Positions 13,701 through 25,495 are shown, numbered from the stretch's first letter. The stretch: 64,000 nucleotides of DNA from Macrostomum hystrix (GCA_950097015.1 CATNEN010000025.1:8432001-8496000), one strand, 5' to 3'. The notes: generated from the sequence alone by a model not told the origin. A program made the numbers and translations.

Positions 13701-16700
13701 TAAGAGATGAGAGACGGATAGATGAGACACGGATAGATGAGACACGGGTAGATGAGACACGGATAGATGAGACACGGATAGATGAGACACGGGTAGATGA
13801 GACACGGGTAGATGAGACGGGTAGATAAGACACGGATAGATGAGACACGGATAGATGAGACACGGGTAGATGAGACGGGTAGATGAGACATGGATAGATG
13901 AGACACGGGTAGATGAGACACGGGTAGATAAGACACGGATAGATGAGACACGGGTAGATGAGACGGGTAGATGAGACATGGATAGATGAGACACGGGTAG
14001 ATGAGACACGGATAGATGAGACACGGGTAGATGAGACACGGGTAGATGAGACACGGGTAGATGAGACTCGGGTAGATGAGACACGGGTAGATGAGACACG
14101 GGTAGATGAGACACGGGTAGATGAGACTCGGGTAGATGAGACACGGGTAGATGAGACACGGGTAGATGAGACACGGATAGATGAGACACGGGTATATAAG
14201 ACACGGATAGATGAGACACGGGTAGATGAGACACGGGTAGATTAGACACGGGTAGATTAGACACGGATAGAGATACTGTACAGGGGAGTATGAGTTGGGG
14301 CCAAGCATTGTACATTCATGCGTGTACAAACAAAGGTCGTGAATTCTTATCCGAGGCGAACCACGAGAATCTGTGTCTGCGAATAATTTGCCGCAAATTT
14401 TCTTTCAGTAGAATTTTGCCTAGTTCCACACCTTACTGAAAATTAATTAGTTTCATAGATTAAAGCTGAGCAATTTTTAGTCGCGGCGCTAATTAAAGCA
14501 ATTAGACCTAATTGTAGCCAAGTGGCAGGCACGTGCGCTCTATATACTATAAAGGTGACCCGATCTGCAAAGAAAAAATGAAAACAGAAGAAGAATGCAT
14601 AATACTGGTCAGCGATTTTTCTTTGCGAATTGTATAATTTTGTGGTGATATTTAAATTCTGCTATTACAACTCTTTGAAGAAGCAATCTAACCAACAGAA
14701 AGCAATCACAGAATTATTGGTCATGTATTTTAAAATCGGCGGCAGTCATCGGCGCGGCTCTTACAGTCTTGTGAGCCTGTTGTTTCTTAGGCTTTTTAGG
14801 GCATATTGTGCCTATGCTTCGAGCTATTTAGCTACTCTCTCACAGAGCCAAGATCAAGGTCTCCAACCTGCCAGATCCGCGTTCCAGATCCCCAGCCTAA
14901 TCCCAAAACTTCTCATATTCCCGGCTTAATCCCCAAACTTCCCATATTCCCGGCTTAATCCCCAAACTTCTCATATTCCCAGCTTAATCCCCAAACTTCT
15001 CATATTCCCGGCTTAATCCCCAAACTTCTCATATTCCCGGCTTAATTCCCAAACTTCTCATATTCCCAGCTTAATTCCCAAACTTCTCATATTCCCAGCT
15101 TAATCCCCAAACTTCTCATATTCCCAGCTTAATCCCCAAACTTCTCATATTCCCGGCTTAATTCCCAAACTTCTCATATTCCCGGCTTAATCCCCACATT
15201 TCTCATATTCCCAGCTTAATTCCCAAACTTCTCATATTCCCGGCTTAATCCCCAAACTTCCCATATTCCCGGCTTAATCCCCAAACTTCTCATACTCTCA
15301 GCTTAATCCTTAAACTTGCCATATTCCCGGCTTAATCCCCAAACTTCTCATACTCTCAGCTTAATCCTTAAACTTGCCATATTCCCGGCTTAATCCCCAA
15401 ACTCCCCATATTTTCAGCTTAATCCCCAAACTTCTCATATTCCCGGCTTAATCCCCAAACTTCTCATATTCCCGGCTTAATCCCCAAACTCCCCATATTT
15501 TCAGCTTAATCCCAAAACTTCTCATACTCTCAGCTTAATCCCTAAACTTCTCATACTCTCAGCTTAATCCCCAAACTTCTCATATTCCCGGCTTAATCCC
15601 CAAACTCCCCATATTTTCAGCTTAATCCCAAAACTTCTCATACTCTCAGCTTAATCCCTAAACTTCTCATACTCTCAGCTTAATCCCCAAACTTATCATA
15701 TTCCCAGCTTAATCCCCAAACTTAGCATATTCCCGGCTTAATCCCCAAACTTATCATATTCCCAGCCCAATCCCCAAACTTCTCATATTCCCGGCTTAAT
15801 CCCCAAACTTCTCATATTCCCAGCTTAATCCCCAAACTTCTCATATTCCCATATTCCCAGCTTAATCCCCAAACTACCCATACTCTCAGCTTAATCCTTA
15901 AACTTCTCATACTCTCAGCTTAATCCCCAAACTTAGCATATTCCCGGCTTAATCCCCAAACTTCTCATATTCCCAGCCCAATCCCCAAACTTCTCATATT
16001 CCCGGCTTAATCCCCAAACTTCTCATACTCTCAGCTTAATCCCCAAACTTCTCATATTCCCAGCTTAATCCCCAAACTTCTCATATTCCCAGCCTAATCC
16101 TTAAACTTCTCAAATTCTCAGCTTAATCCCCAAACTTCTCATACTCTCAGCTTAATCCTTAAACTTCCAATGTTCTCAGCTTAATCCCCAAACTTCCCAT
16201 ATTCCCATATTCCCCAAACCTTCTTGATCCCCGGCCCAATCCCTAAACTTCTCATATTCCCATAATCCCTAAAACCACCCAGATCCCGAACCTCTCAGAT
16301 CCCAAGTCCAAGGCATTAAACATCCTACTAGTCAAAGGCTCAGATCAGTGAAATAAATTAACCTACGGCTGAAATCTCATATTTGAATCTCAATCTAAAT
16401 CTCAATCTTACATTTTCGAAGGTTTCGCTAACTTCAATCACCGAGGCCTCTAATGCAGCAAGACCTCCCGGCCTGCCGTCGCTGCCCATTCTGCTAACAT
16501 CGCCGCCGCCAGCTGACAATGCTTTATCTACGACCACATTTCACGGCGGCATCGATGGCGGTAGAAGTTTGAAAGATATGAAAACTTTGTGTCACCCGGC
16601 GCTGTGTAAGTGTTCTGTTTGTTCCTGTGATTTATTTGTGTTCTCAGTATATCCAGAAATCCTGTTAGGAAATCGGTTCGAGAGAGCTTTGTACTCCTCA

Positions 16701-19700
16701 AAGAGAGGTCTAGAGTTCAAATCTCAGCTCGAAATCTTGCTATAAATATTTCTAGGAAATCTTGCTATAAATATTTCTAGGAAATCTTGCTATAAATAAT
16801 TCTAGGAAATCTTGCTATAAATAATTCTAGGAAATCTTGCTATAAATAATTCTAGAAACTCTTGCTATAAATAATTCTAGGAAATCTTGCTATAAATAAT
16901 TCTAGGAAATCTTGCTATAAATAATTCTAGGAAATCTTGCTATAAATAATTCTAGGAAATCTTGCTATAAATAATTCTAGGAAATCTTGCTATAAATAAT
17001 TCTAGAAACTCTTGCTATAAATAATTCTAGGAAATCTTGCTATAAATAATTCTAGGAAATCTTGCTATAAAAATTTCTAGGAAATCTTGTTATTAATAAT
17101 TCTAGGAAATCTCGCTATAAATAATTCTAGGAAATCTTGCTATAAAGATTTCTAGGAAATCTTGCTATAAATATTTCTAGGAAATCTTGTTATAGAGATT
17201 TCTAGGAAATCTTGCAAGGGATTTTAGGAAATCGTTGCAGCGGATTTCTAGGAAATCCTTTTATAGTTATTTCTAGGAAATCTTGCTATGGGGATCTCTC
17301 TAAAAATCTAGCTATTAGGATTTCCCAGATATCAAGTCTGGTAGTTCTGCATTTTTTAGGTGTAAGGTTTGCGAGTTGTGCGGAAATCTAGCTAGTGGGC
17401 AATAATGCAAATTTTAGTATCTAAATTTTTCAATACGCAAAAACTAGTTAATTGCAAAGAAAAAAGCCTTTTTCCTCTAAATCACCCAACTGTAGTGCCA
17501 CTTTAACATCAATTTTTTTTGTTTTAAACACGTTAAGCTAATGCACTACAGTCGTATGCAATTTAGAAACTTCGCATAGTATATGTGTGCATATATATAT
17601 GTGCGGACGGTACAACTATTCTTCATCGCTCTCCCTCACTCTCTCCAGTCCAAGCTGTATAGCGTTTGTTATAATAGAAGGGATACTAGGTCATAAAAAT
17701 GCTGGCTAGGCATTTTCCTGATAGAAATGTTAGATAGGAGATTGTTAATTAAAAGAATGCACTTTCCGTAGTGCACCGCGCAAAGGTGGAAACAGTTTTT
17801 TATCTAGGATTAGTTTATTCTTAACTTAACTATGAATTATTTTCTAATCTTCCTTTTCCTTTTCCATCTGTGTTGAAAATCGTACTTTAGTAGGTACACT
17901 ATTTACTAGAATCGAACCTATAACCTCCATAACTGGCCGAAGATCAATAAAAATTTAATTCTTTTAACTAATTCTCGCTATCTCTGCACGGCTCCTGAAA
18001 AACAAAGTAGAAAATTCGAACGCCCTTCACCTTCATACGGGTGGCTCCAAAATCATTGAGTAAAAATCGAACCCTCGACCTTCCCCGCTAAAAAATAGGG
18101 ATGTTTCTTTGGGTGATTCCAGTTGGAATCTGCGGTGTTTCCAGAAAAAAGAAACAACCGAACGCTGGAAACATACCAATCGGATGATTCCATGCTTAGA
18201 ATCTACCCTCCTGGGCGTTTTCTCGGTGCTTCTTGGTGGCGAAATGGAATCACCCAAAGAATCCTCCAGTTCGGAAGATTCCATGCTCAGAAACCGCCGA
18301 GAAATCGCCCGTAAATAATTCTCTGGTTTTCCCATGGGCCACTGGTTCGGGTGATTCTTCGGCGGTTTCCGCACAATTTACGGTTACATCGGCTGTTTCC
18401 TGGGTGGTTTCTTTAACTCTTGCGAGATAGGGGGGATTTTGGTAGATTCCACTCCTATTTTGCACAAAAAACCCGCCGAAGAAGCAGCTGAATTTTTTAC
18501 AGGGTCATTCCTTATTCGGGCGGCCTCTAATCATGGAGTATACGAATCGAACCATCGACCTTCATTTTTCCTTCGCGCGGCCCTGCCCGTAAAGGGTTAA
18601 ATACAAGAAAGGAACCCACGACCTCTTAGTGAGCCGCCATTGCATCGTTGAGTCTAAGAATCGAACTCTCGACTTTCACATAATAGGGCCTAAGTTGTTA
18701 AATCGAGCCCTCGACCTTTAACTTGGCGTCCCTGTTTAAATCATTACCTCGAAGAATCGAACCCATAACGCCCCTGATCTCTGATTATTTTGTAGACAAC
18801 AGCTCGCAGAGTGTGAATCAGCTCACAGCCCAGCCGCCCAGTATTCTCACCGACGGCAGCGACGACTGTTACTCGCTGTCTCAGCAGAGCGTTGGCTCCT
18901 CCGCCTCGTCAGATTTGTTGCAGCAGCATCAGCAGCAGCAAAAGCGACACCTGTGCCAATTAGGCAGCGGGGCAACGTTTCGACCGACAAGACAATTTAG
19001 CCAGGCCGAGAGACGGCGCCTGTTGAATCGCTACAGGGAGCTGCGGGTCCTGCTGGCCGATTTGAGGTCCAGAAAAGCCGCCCGCGAGGCGGAACTGGCG
19101 CGCCTGGTGGCGCAGGAAAAGGTCCGGCTAATCATCCTGTTTGGGACAAACAGCACACTGTCCCCTCTCGCATCCGGCTAATCATCCTGTTTGGAACAAA
19201 CAGCACACTGTCCCCTCTCGCATCCGGCTAATCATCCTGTTTGGAACAAACAGCACACTGTCCCCTCTCGCATCCGGCTAATCATCCTGTTTGGAACAAA
19301 CAGCACACTGTCCCCTCTCGCCTTTTCTCACCTTATTGCTCTTAATTTCCCACCCACTCACCCTTCTCACTCTCTAGCTCTTTGCCACCCTCTAGCTCTT
19401 TCCCACCCTCTAGCCCTTTCTCACCCTCTAGCCCTTTCTCACCCTCTAGCTCTTTCCCACCCTCTAGCCCTTTCCCACCCTCTAGCTCTTTCTCACCCTC
19501 TAGCTCTTTCCCACCCTCTAGCTCTTTCCCACCCTCTAGCTCTTTCCCACCCTCTAGCTCTTTCCCACCCTCTAGCTCTTTCCCACCCTCTAGCTCTTTC
19601 TCACCCTCTAGCTCTTTCCCACCCTCTAGCTCTTTCCCACCCTCTAGCTCTTTGCCACCCTCTAGCCCTTTCTCACCCTCTAGCTCTTTCCCACCCTCTA

Positions 19701-22700
19701 GCTCTTTCCCACCCTCTAGCTCTTTGCCACCCTCTAGCCCTTTCTCACCCTCTAGCTCTTTCCCACCCTCTAGCTCTTTGCCACCCTCTAGCCCTTTCTC
19801 ACCCTCTAGCTCTTTCCCACCCTCTAGCTCTTTCCCACCCTCTAGCCCTTTCCCACCCTCTAGCCCTTTCTCACCCTCTAGCTCTTTCCCACCCTCTAGC
19901 TCTTTGCCACCCTCTAGCCCTTTCTCACCCTCTAGCTCTTTCTCACCCTCTAGCTCTTTCCCACCCTCTAGCTCTTTCCCACCCTCTAGCTCTTTGCCAC
20001 CCTCTAGCCCTTTCTCACCCTCTAGCTCTTTATCACTCTCTAGCTCTTTCCCACCCTCTAGCTCTTTGCCACCCTCTAGCTCTTTCCCACCCTCTAGCTC
20101 TTTCCCACCCTCTAGCTCTTTCCCACCCTCTAGCTCTTTCCCACCCTCTAGCTCTTTCCCACCCTCTAGCTCTTTGCCACCCTCTAGCTCTTTATCACCC
20201 TCTAGCTCTTTATCACTCTCTAGCTCTTTCCCACCCTCTAGCTCTTTGCCACCCTCTAGCTCTTTCCCACCCTCTAGCTCTTTCCCACCCTCTAGCTCTT
20301 TCCCACCCTCTAGCTCTTTCCCACCCTCTAGCTCTTTCCCACCCTCTAGCTCTTTCCAACCCTCTAGCTCTTTCCCACCCTCTAGCTCTTTCCCACCCTC
20401 TAGCTCTTTCTCACCCTCTAGCTCTTTCCCACCCTCTAGCTCTTTCCCACCCTCTAGCTCTTTGCCACCCTCTAGCTCTTTCTCACCCTCTAGCTCTTTC
20501 CCACCCTCTAGCTCTTTCCCACCCTCTAGCTCTTTGCCACCCTCTAGCTCTTTCCCACCCTCTAGCTCTTTGCCACTTGCTCTTTGCCGTCCTCGAGGGT
20601 GTAGGCCGCTTTCGCCCCCGTCTCATCTCGCCTCTCTTCCACCCACTCCCCTAATGTTTTATTCAGAGCAGTTCATTTGAGCAGTCATCACTCATTCATT
20701 CAGGTGCTCACAAGCAGCAGCCAGTCTTCTCTGCAGATCGACAACTCAATGGTTCGCCGGGGCAGCAGCGTCGGCGGCGACTCCGCCACCACCAGCGCCT
20801 CCGAAGCTGGCGACGCTAGATGCCTGCCGACTCAGTTCTTGGTTGCTGTAGCAACCAAAACAGTGGCAACAGACGAGCAGGAAGCGAAGTCTAGCGATAC
20901 CGAGTCCAGGCTGCAGCTGCAGGTTAGTAGCTGCTCATATTTTGAAGTGCCAGTGGATAAATTTATTGTATTGCTTAACGACATATGTTGCTTCCCTTTG
21001 AGCATTGAACTCATGGGCTCTCAGTCAAAGTCCGAAACGTTAACAACTGGTCCTTACCTCAGTATAATAGGCAAAGAGAATGGGATGGATTTAAGAATTA
21101 AGGAATGCAGGAAAGGAAGGGTGAATTGATGGGGAATAAAGATTGAATCTAGGATAATAAGGATGGGATCTTTGGGAAGACGAATGGGATCTTTAGAAAG
21201 AATGTTGACATCGATTGATAAAGTAGGATACGATCTTGAGAAAGAAGGATCTTGAGGAAGTCACATGGGATTTTGAGAAATTCTGGTGGGATCATAAGAA
21301 AAAGAATGGGATCTTAAGTAAAAAAAGGATCTTGGAAAAGAAGAATGGCATTTTTGGAAAGAAATGGGATCTTAAAAAAGAAGAATGGGATCTTGTAAAA
21401 GAAGAATGGGATCTTGGAAAAGAAGAATGGGATCTTGGAAAAGAAGAATGGGATCTTGAAAAGAATAATGGGATCTTGAAAAAGAAGAATGGGATCTTAG
21501 GGAATGGTAGGGAACAGAATGTTTGCTTGTTAAACGGATCAATCGTGTTTTACTTATCCCATCTCCAACTTTCATTCCCCAGCTGGATCAGCTGCAGCAG
21601 GAGCTGGCGGTGCACCGGGCCCTCGCCGAGGCCAGCACGCGCCTTCTGCGCGAGGCCAAGGAGTCGAAGCAGCCGCGGCATCTGAAGAAGAAGCGCGCAG
21701 CGGAATGCCAGCTGGCGAAGGAGCGGGTGAGGAGTTGAAATTCAACTGCTGAGTTGTTTTCTGAGAATAGTGGGCTTTTAGAGGAAAATATATTAGGAGA
21801 AATATAGATTCACAGTAGAACTACCAAGGGGGATTTCCTGACATTTCCTGACATCCCCTGACATCGCCTAGTCTGCCAACCAATCAGTCACCACCCAACG
21901 CTGTTAGGTGAATTTACCTTGGTTTAAAAACGGGTGGCAAAATGGCTTGGTAGTCCTACTGTTAATATAGATAATGAGAAGTTTGTCTTCATTTTTTGCC
22001 TTTTCTCTAACACTGCTACTTACAGTAGCGTAATGAAAATGTCTAACATACGATCCGCCGCCCCAGATGGTGCAGATCAGCCAGAAAATCCAGGAGGTTC
22101 GAGTCGCGCTCAGCTGCGCCGCCGAGGACGCCACCGAGGCCGAGGCGGCCGCAGCAGCTATAGCCACCGATGCTGCCGACAATCTTAGCGGTGACCACGC
22201 GGCGGTTACTGTTGAATTCGCCATTGGGTCCTCGTTGAATTCGTTGAGTCCGCTTAGCTCGAGTTCTCAAATTGCCAGCGAGCTGGAGAACTGCGTAAGT
22301 CGGCTCACCGGTAGTTCTCTTTATCCGATTTTCTGTGTAGAGTAAAAATGCTATCGGGTTAACTTCCTGCATTCTAGACACCGCACGACGATCAGAGCTT
22401 GTCCGACTCAGCCAGCCAGAATTCTTCATCCCTATCAATTGGCGCCGCTGGTAACAACGCCAGGTAAAAAGTGTAATAGGCTTAGATAGGCGAGAGTGAC
22501 AGGCTGAAATAGGTGAGAGTGACAGGTGGTTACAGACTGAGGCATGTGAGAGTGACAGGCTGATGCAGGTGAGAGTGACAGGCTAATGCAGGTGAGAGTG
22601 ACAGGCTGATGCAGGCGAGAGTGACAGGCTGACATAGGCGAGAGTGACAGGCTGAGACAGGTTAGAGTCACAGGCAGAGATAGGTGAGAGTGACAGGCTG

Positions 22701-23113
22701 GCGTAGGCGAGAGTTACAGGCTGAGATAGGTGAGAGTTACAGGCTGAGATAGATGAGAGTGACAGGCTGTGACAGGTGAGAGTGACAGGCTGAGATAGGT
22801 GAGAGTTACAGTCTGAGACAGAGGAGGAGCGACCGGCTGAGGCAGGCTAAGCAGAGGTGCAGCCAGCAGTTAGTTACAAATCATAATTCGCGCTGGCCAA
22901 TGCTCTATTCAGGATGGGCCCCAGCTCTGAGCCTCGGCCGCAGCCGCAGTCCAGTCTCTACCGGCTGCTGTACCAGCCACAGCGCTATCGTGCTGTCACT
23001 TCCGCCGCCGACACGGCCACTGTCTCCAGTCAGCATCGAGTGACTCAAGCCAGCATCGACTCCGGTTATCCGGACACTGTCGGCTCACTGACCAGCATTA
23101 GTTTAGCGCATCA

Positions 23114-23148
<35 letters not shown>

Positions 23149-23510
23149 CTTCTCCGCCTCAATTTGCCGTGGCAGTTAGAGCTTCAGTCGCAGCGTCAGC
23201 CGCAGACGCGGCGGCAAAAGTTAAACGTCGCTCTAGCAGCCTCGTTGATCTGTCAAAAGAATTTGAAAGCGTCGATCTGCAATTGCAGCAAATTTTACAG
23301 GAGCCGAAACTAAAACGATGGCATCAGCAGCAGCAACAGCAGCAGCAGCAATTAAAAGAGACGCACAATACCAATTTTCCAGCCCTGGAATCTCCCTATG
23401 CATCTGGTTCGGAACCGCCGCCCCGAGATGAGCCCACATCGACTTCCGTGTTTCGCTACAAGCCTCGCGAAGTAATAGAGTACGTGCCCGGAGACAGTTC
23501 TTTAAGCTGA
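7796..23510 (+). CDS. FRMD4: FERM-domain protein 4 (FRMD4A/B-like, FERM plus cytohesin-binding coiled coil), about 934 aa; exons 7796-7870, 8322-8704, 8957-9040, 9525-9815, 12731-12917, 16422-16605, 18796-19121, 20704-20922, 21583-21726, 22067-22294, 22378-22463, 22913-23510
   Basis: All 11 introns are GT-AG with matching phases, and the total of 2805 nt is divisible by 3. Motifs: KVAILLLDG..VR|PKLTASELLDLVSSQL, VFQLAAWVLQAEHGNF, LQRHPSLEYCE, SLPNYG..GLPWWLGFSHRG, LENIYCRERKFTVDV, SQHRF, LADLRSRKAARE, LDQLQQELAVHRALAEASTRL...HLKKKR. These match vertebrate FRMD4 as I recall it. Exons 6 and 8 are the least conserved. Confidence 0.88.
7975..8190 (+). mobile_element. SINE family A, 5'-decayed copy
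   Basis: Shares AACTCCACTGAA, TGCATTGCTTCAGTT..AGCTGTTAAATGGGTACC, GTCCATGGACTGA and GCGGCTGTGCTG with the copies at 9178, 29895 and 52797. Confidence 0.7.
8776..8915 (+). mobile_element. SINE family A, tRNA-like head with an internal 11-bp triplication
   Basis: A-box TGTGGTTAGAGCG, (CGTCGTACTTA)x3, B-box GGTTCGAATCC, then AACTCCACTGAA. Confidence 0.75.
9178..9436 (+). mobile_element. SINE family A copy (tRNA head, CORE-like domain, AT-rich tail)
   Basis: GTTGTAGCCTTGTGGTTAGAGCATCGGACTTACGACTTGAA...GCAAGACAATTTAACTCTGCATTGCTTCAGTTCACCAAGCTGTTAAATGGGTACC...CAGATGCGCCGCGCAATAGCTG...TAATAAATTATTATTTATT. Confidence 0.8.
9854..10946. repeat. Minisatellite, 30-bp unit ATGCACCCACTGCCTTCCAGTTCCATCGCA, about 36 copies
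   Basis: Direct tandem copies in FRMD4 intron 4. Confidence 0.97.
11611..12665. repeat. Compound minisatellite: 17-bp GTGCCTCCTCCATTCCG (to about 12380), then 21-bp CCTCCTCCTCCAGTCTGGTAG
   Basis: Direct tandem copies with an abrupt unit switch. Confidence 0.95.
12918..13080 (+). mobile_element. tRNA/SINE-like fragment at the start of FRMD4 intron 5
   Basis: AGAGCTTT...CAAGAGAGGTCCGGAGTTCGAATCC...TGTGTCCTTGGGCAAGACAATTAA. A similar head is at 16675-16740. Confidence 0.55.
13705..14272. repeat. Minisatellite, 15-bp unit GATGAGACACGGGTA
   Basis: Direct tandem copies. Confidence 0.95.
14895..16300. repeat. Minisatellite, 29-bp unit TTAATCCCCAAACTTCTCATATTCCCGGC
   Basis: Direct tandem copies. 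Confidence 0.95.
16731..17290. repeat. Minisatellite, 25-bp unit AAATCTTGCTATAAATAATTCTAGG
   Basis: Direct tandem copies decaying to the right. Confidence 0.93.
19124..19321. repeat. 50-bp tandem repeat x4 starting 2 nt after the exon 7 donor
   Basis: CCGGCTAATCATCCTGTTTGGAACAAACAGCACACTGTCCCCTCTCGCAT, four copies. Confidence 0.93.
19355..20580. repeat. Minisatellite, 18-bp unit CACCCTCTAGCTCTTTCC
   Basis: Direct tandem copies. Confidence 0.97.
21160..21500. repeat. Degenerate 21-bp repeat AAAAGAAGAATGGGATCTTGG
   Basis: Tandem copies, clearest at 21370-21500. Confidence 0.8.
22485..22820. repeat. Minisatellite, 23-bp unit GAGAGTGACAGGCTGAGATAGGT
   Basis: Tandem copies in FRMD4 intron 11. 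Confidence 0.9.
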
Positions 23511-23679
23511 TGCTGGGTGCCTATTTGACTGCTGAATTTATTAATTAGAGAACCACACTTGCAGCAAAAGTTAGGAAATGGAGACATTTTATAGTGAGAG
23601 AGACCTATGTTTAAGTAACAAAGGATTTCAACGAAAAGTGAGTAGATTTATTATATATAAAGGCGAATTTGTAGGATAG

Positions 23680-24055
23680 TGGTGAGATTTTACAGTATGA
23701 AGGTGAGATCTTGTAGATTTAGGGTGAGATTTTATAGTATGAAGGTGAGATCTTGTAGACTTAGAGTGAGATTTCATAGTATGAAGGTGAGATCTTGTAG
23801 ATTTAGGGTGAGATTTTATAGTATGAAGGTGAGATCTTGTAGATTTAGGGTGAGATTTCATAGTATAAAGGTGAGATCTTGTAGATTTAGGGTGAGATTT
23901 TATAGTATAAAGGTGAGATCTTGTAGATTTAGGGTGAGATTTTATAGTATAAAGGTGAGATCTTGTAGATTTAGGGTGAGATTTCATAGTATGAAGGTGA
24001 GATCTTGTAGATTTAGGGTGAGATTTTATAGGATGAAGGTGAGATCTTGTAGGAT
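23680..24055. repeat. Minisatellite, 42-bp dimeric unit GGTGAGATTTTATAGTATGAAGGTGAGATCTTGTAGATTTAG
   Basis: Tandem copies, each made of two related 21-mers. Confidence 0.93.
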
Positions 24056-24848
24056 TAGGGTTAGGTTCAAGAGTTTTTGCACTTTAGATATTATGTAAAA
24101 ACTTCGAGAAGGAAATCCATATCTTACTACTAACTGCAGCTTTCAAAATATTTATTCAGTCGGATGCTCGCACTGCCTACTAACAGTAGTTAAGCAATCG
24201 CGCTAATCACTAACTGTTCGCACACAAACTGGCATAGCTTTAGCTTAACTAGCGGCATGCTCATCTACTAAACAATATATATAACTTTCGCATATAAATG
24301 TAATGTGATTAACCTGCTTTGGCTTTTATTAATCAATATGCGAACCTACTAATAATAAAGTTAATTATCACACTTGATTGTTGTAAATATTATCTAACAA
24401 GAAGATGCTTTAACAGCGTGTTCTTTGTTTTTTTCGCGTAAATTGTTTTCGATGCAATAAATAGAACCATTATAACAATGGTTTTTAATCGATTCTGTAT
24501 TTATACTTCTCGCATCTGTTTTACTGCAGCAACCGGTGTACCTTGCTGCAGGTAACTGTGTACCTGTTTTGTTATCGTCTTTGTATTTCCGATCTGTACT
24601 ATATACTTTTTACAATAATTTTCTTTTCTCGTTTTTTACCACCTTTTAATAATCGAAATTCCATTCCAGTATTCTCTATACTGAATTTGACAGAATCTAG
24701 CAACTAAGATTGTTGCCAAATTGACAATTGCTCATTGTTTGAAATGGATTTACGTTTATACTTTTTGAGCCAATAAAATTTGTGCAGTTAACGAATTTAG
24801 CTGATTACCTAATTACCGTTTGCTACTTGGTATGTGGTTTGGTCCCAC

Positions 24849-25495
24849 CTGACCTGTCTAAAAGGTGACATTACAACTGTCTAACAGGTGACACCAGACC
24901 TGTCTAACAGGTGACAACAGACCTGTCTAACAGGTGACACCAGACCTGTCTAACAGGTGACAACAGACCTGTCTAACAGGTGACACCAGACCCGTCTAAC
25001 AGGTGACAACAGACCTGTCTAACAGGTGACAACAGACCTGTCTAACAGGTGACACCAGACCCGTCTAACAGGTGACAACAGACCTGTCTAACAGGTGACA
25101 ACAGACCCGTCTAACAGGTGACACCAGACCCGTCTAACAGGTGACAACAGACCTGTCTAACAGGTGACAACAGACCCGTCTAACAGGTGACACCAGACCC
25201 GTCTAACAGGTGACAACAGACCTGTCTAACAGGTGACAACAGACCCGTCTAACAGGTGACACCAGACCCGTCTAACAGGTGACACCAGACCTGTCTAACA
25301 GGTGACAACAGACCTGTCTAACAGGTGACACCATACCCGTCTAATAGGTGACACCAGACCTGTCTAACAGGTGACACCAGATCCGTCTAACAGGTGACAA
25401 CAGACCTGTCTAACAGGTGACAACAGACCTGTCTAACAGGTGACAACAGACCTGTCTAACAGGTGACAACAGACCTGTCTAACAGGTGACAACAG
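24849..25495. repeat. Minisatellite, 23-bp unit CAGGTGACAACAGACCTGTCTAA
   Basis: Direct tandem copies. Confidence 0.95.

Noticed and set aside
9757-14329. Multiple long overlapping ORFs (MELEGSGCIA, MHPLPSSSIA, MEEAPEWRRH, VDETR repeats)
   Set aside because: Stop-free frames of 30-, 17-, 21- and 15-bp tandem repeats in FRMD4 introns. Open in several frames and on both strands, with no splice support.
19191-20680. 487-aa and 432-aa ORFs (HPLALS and PPSSSF repeats)
   Set aside because: 18-bp minisatellite translation.
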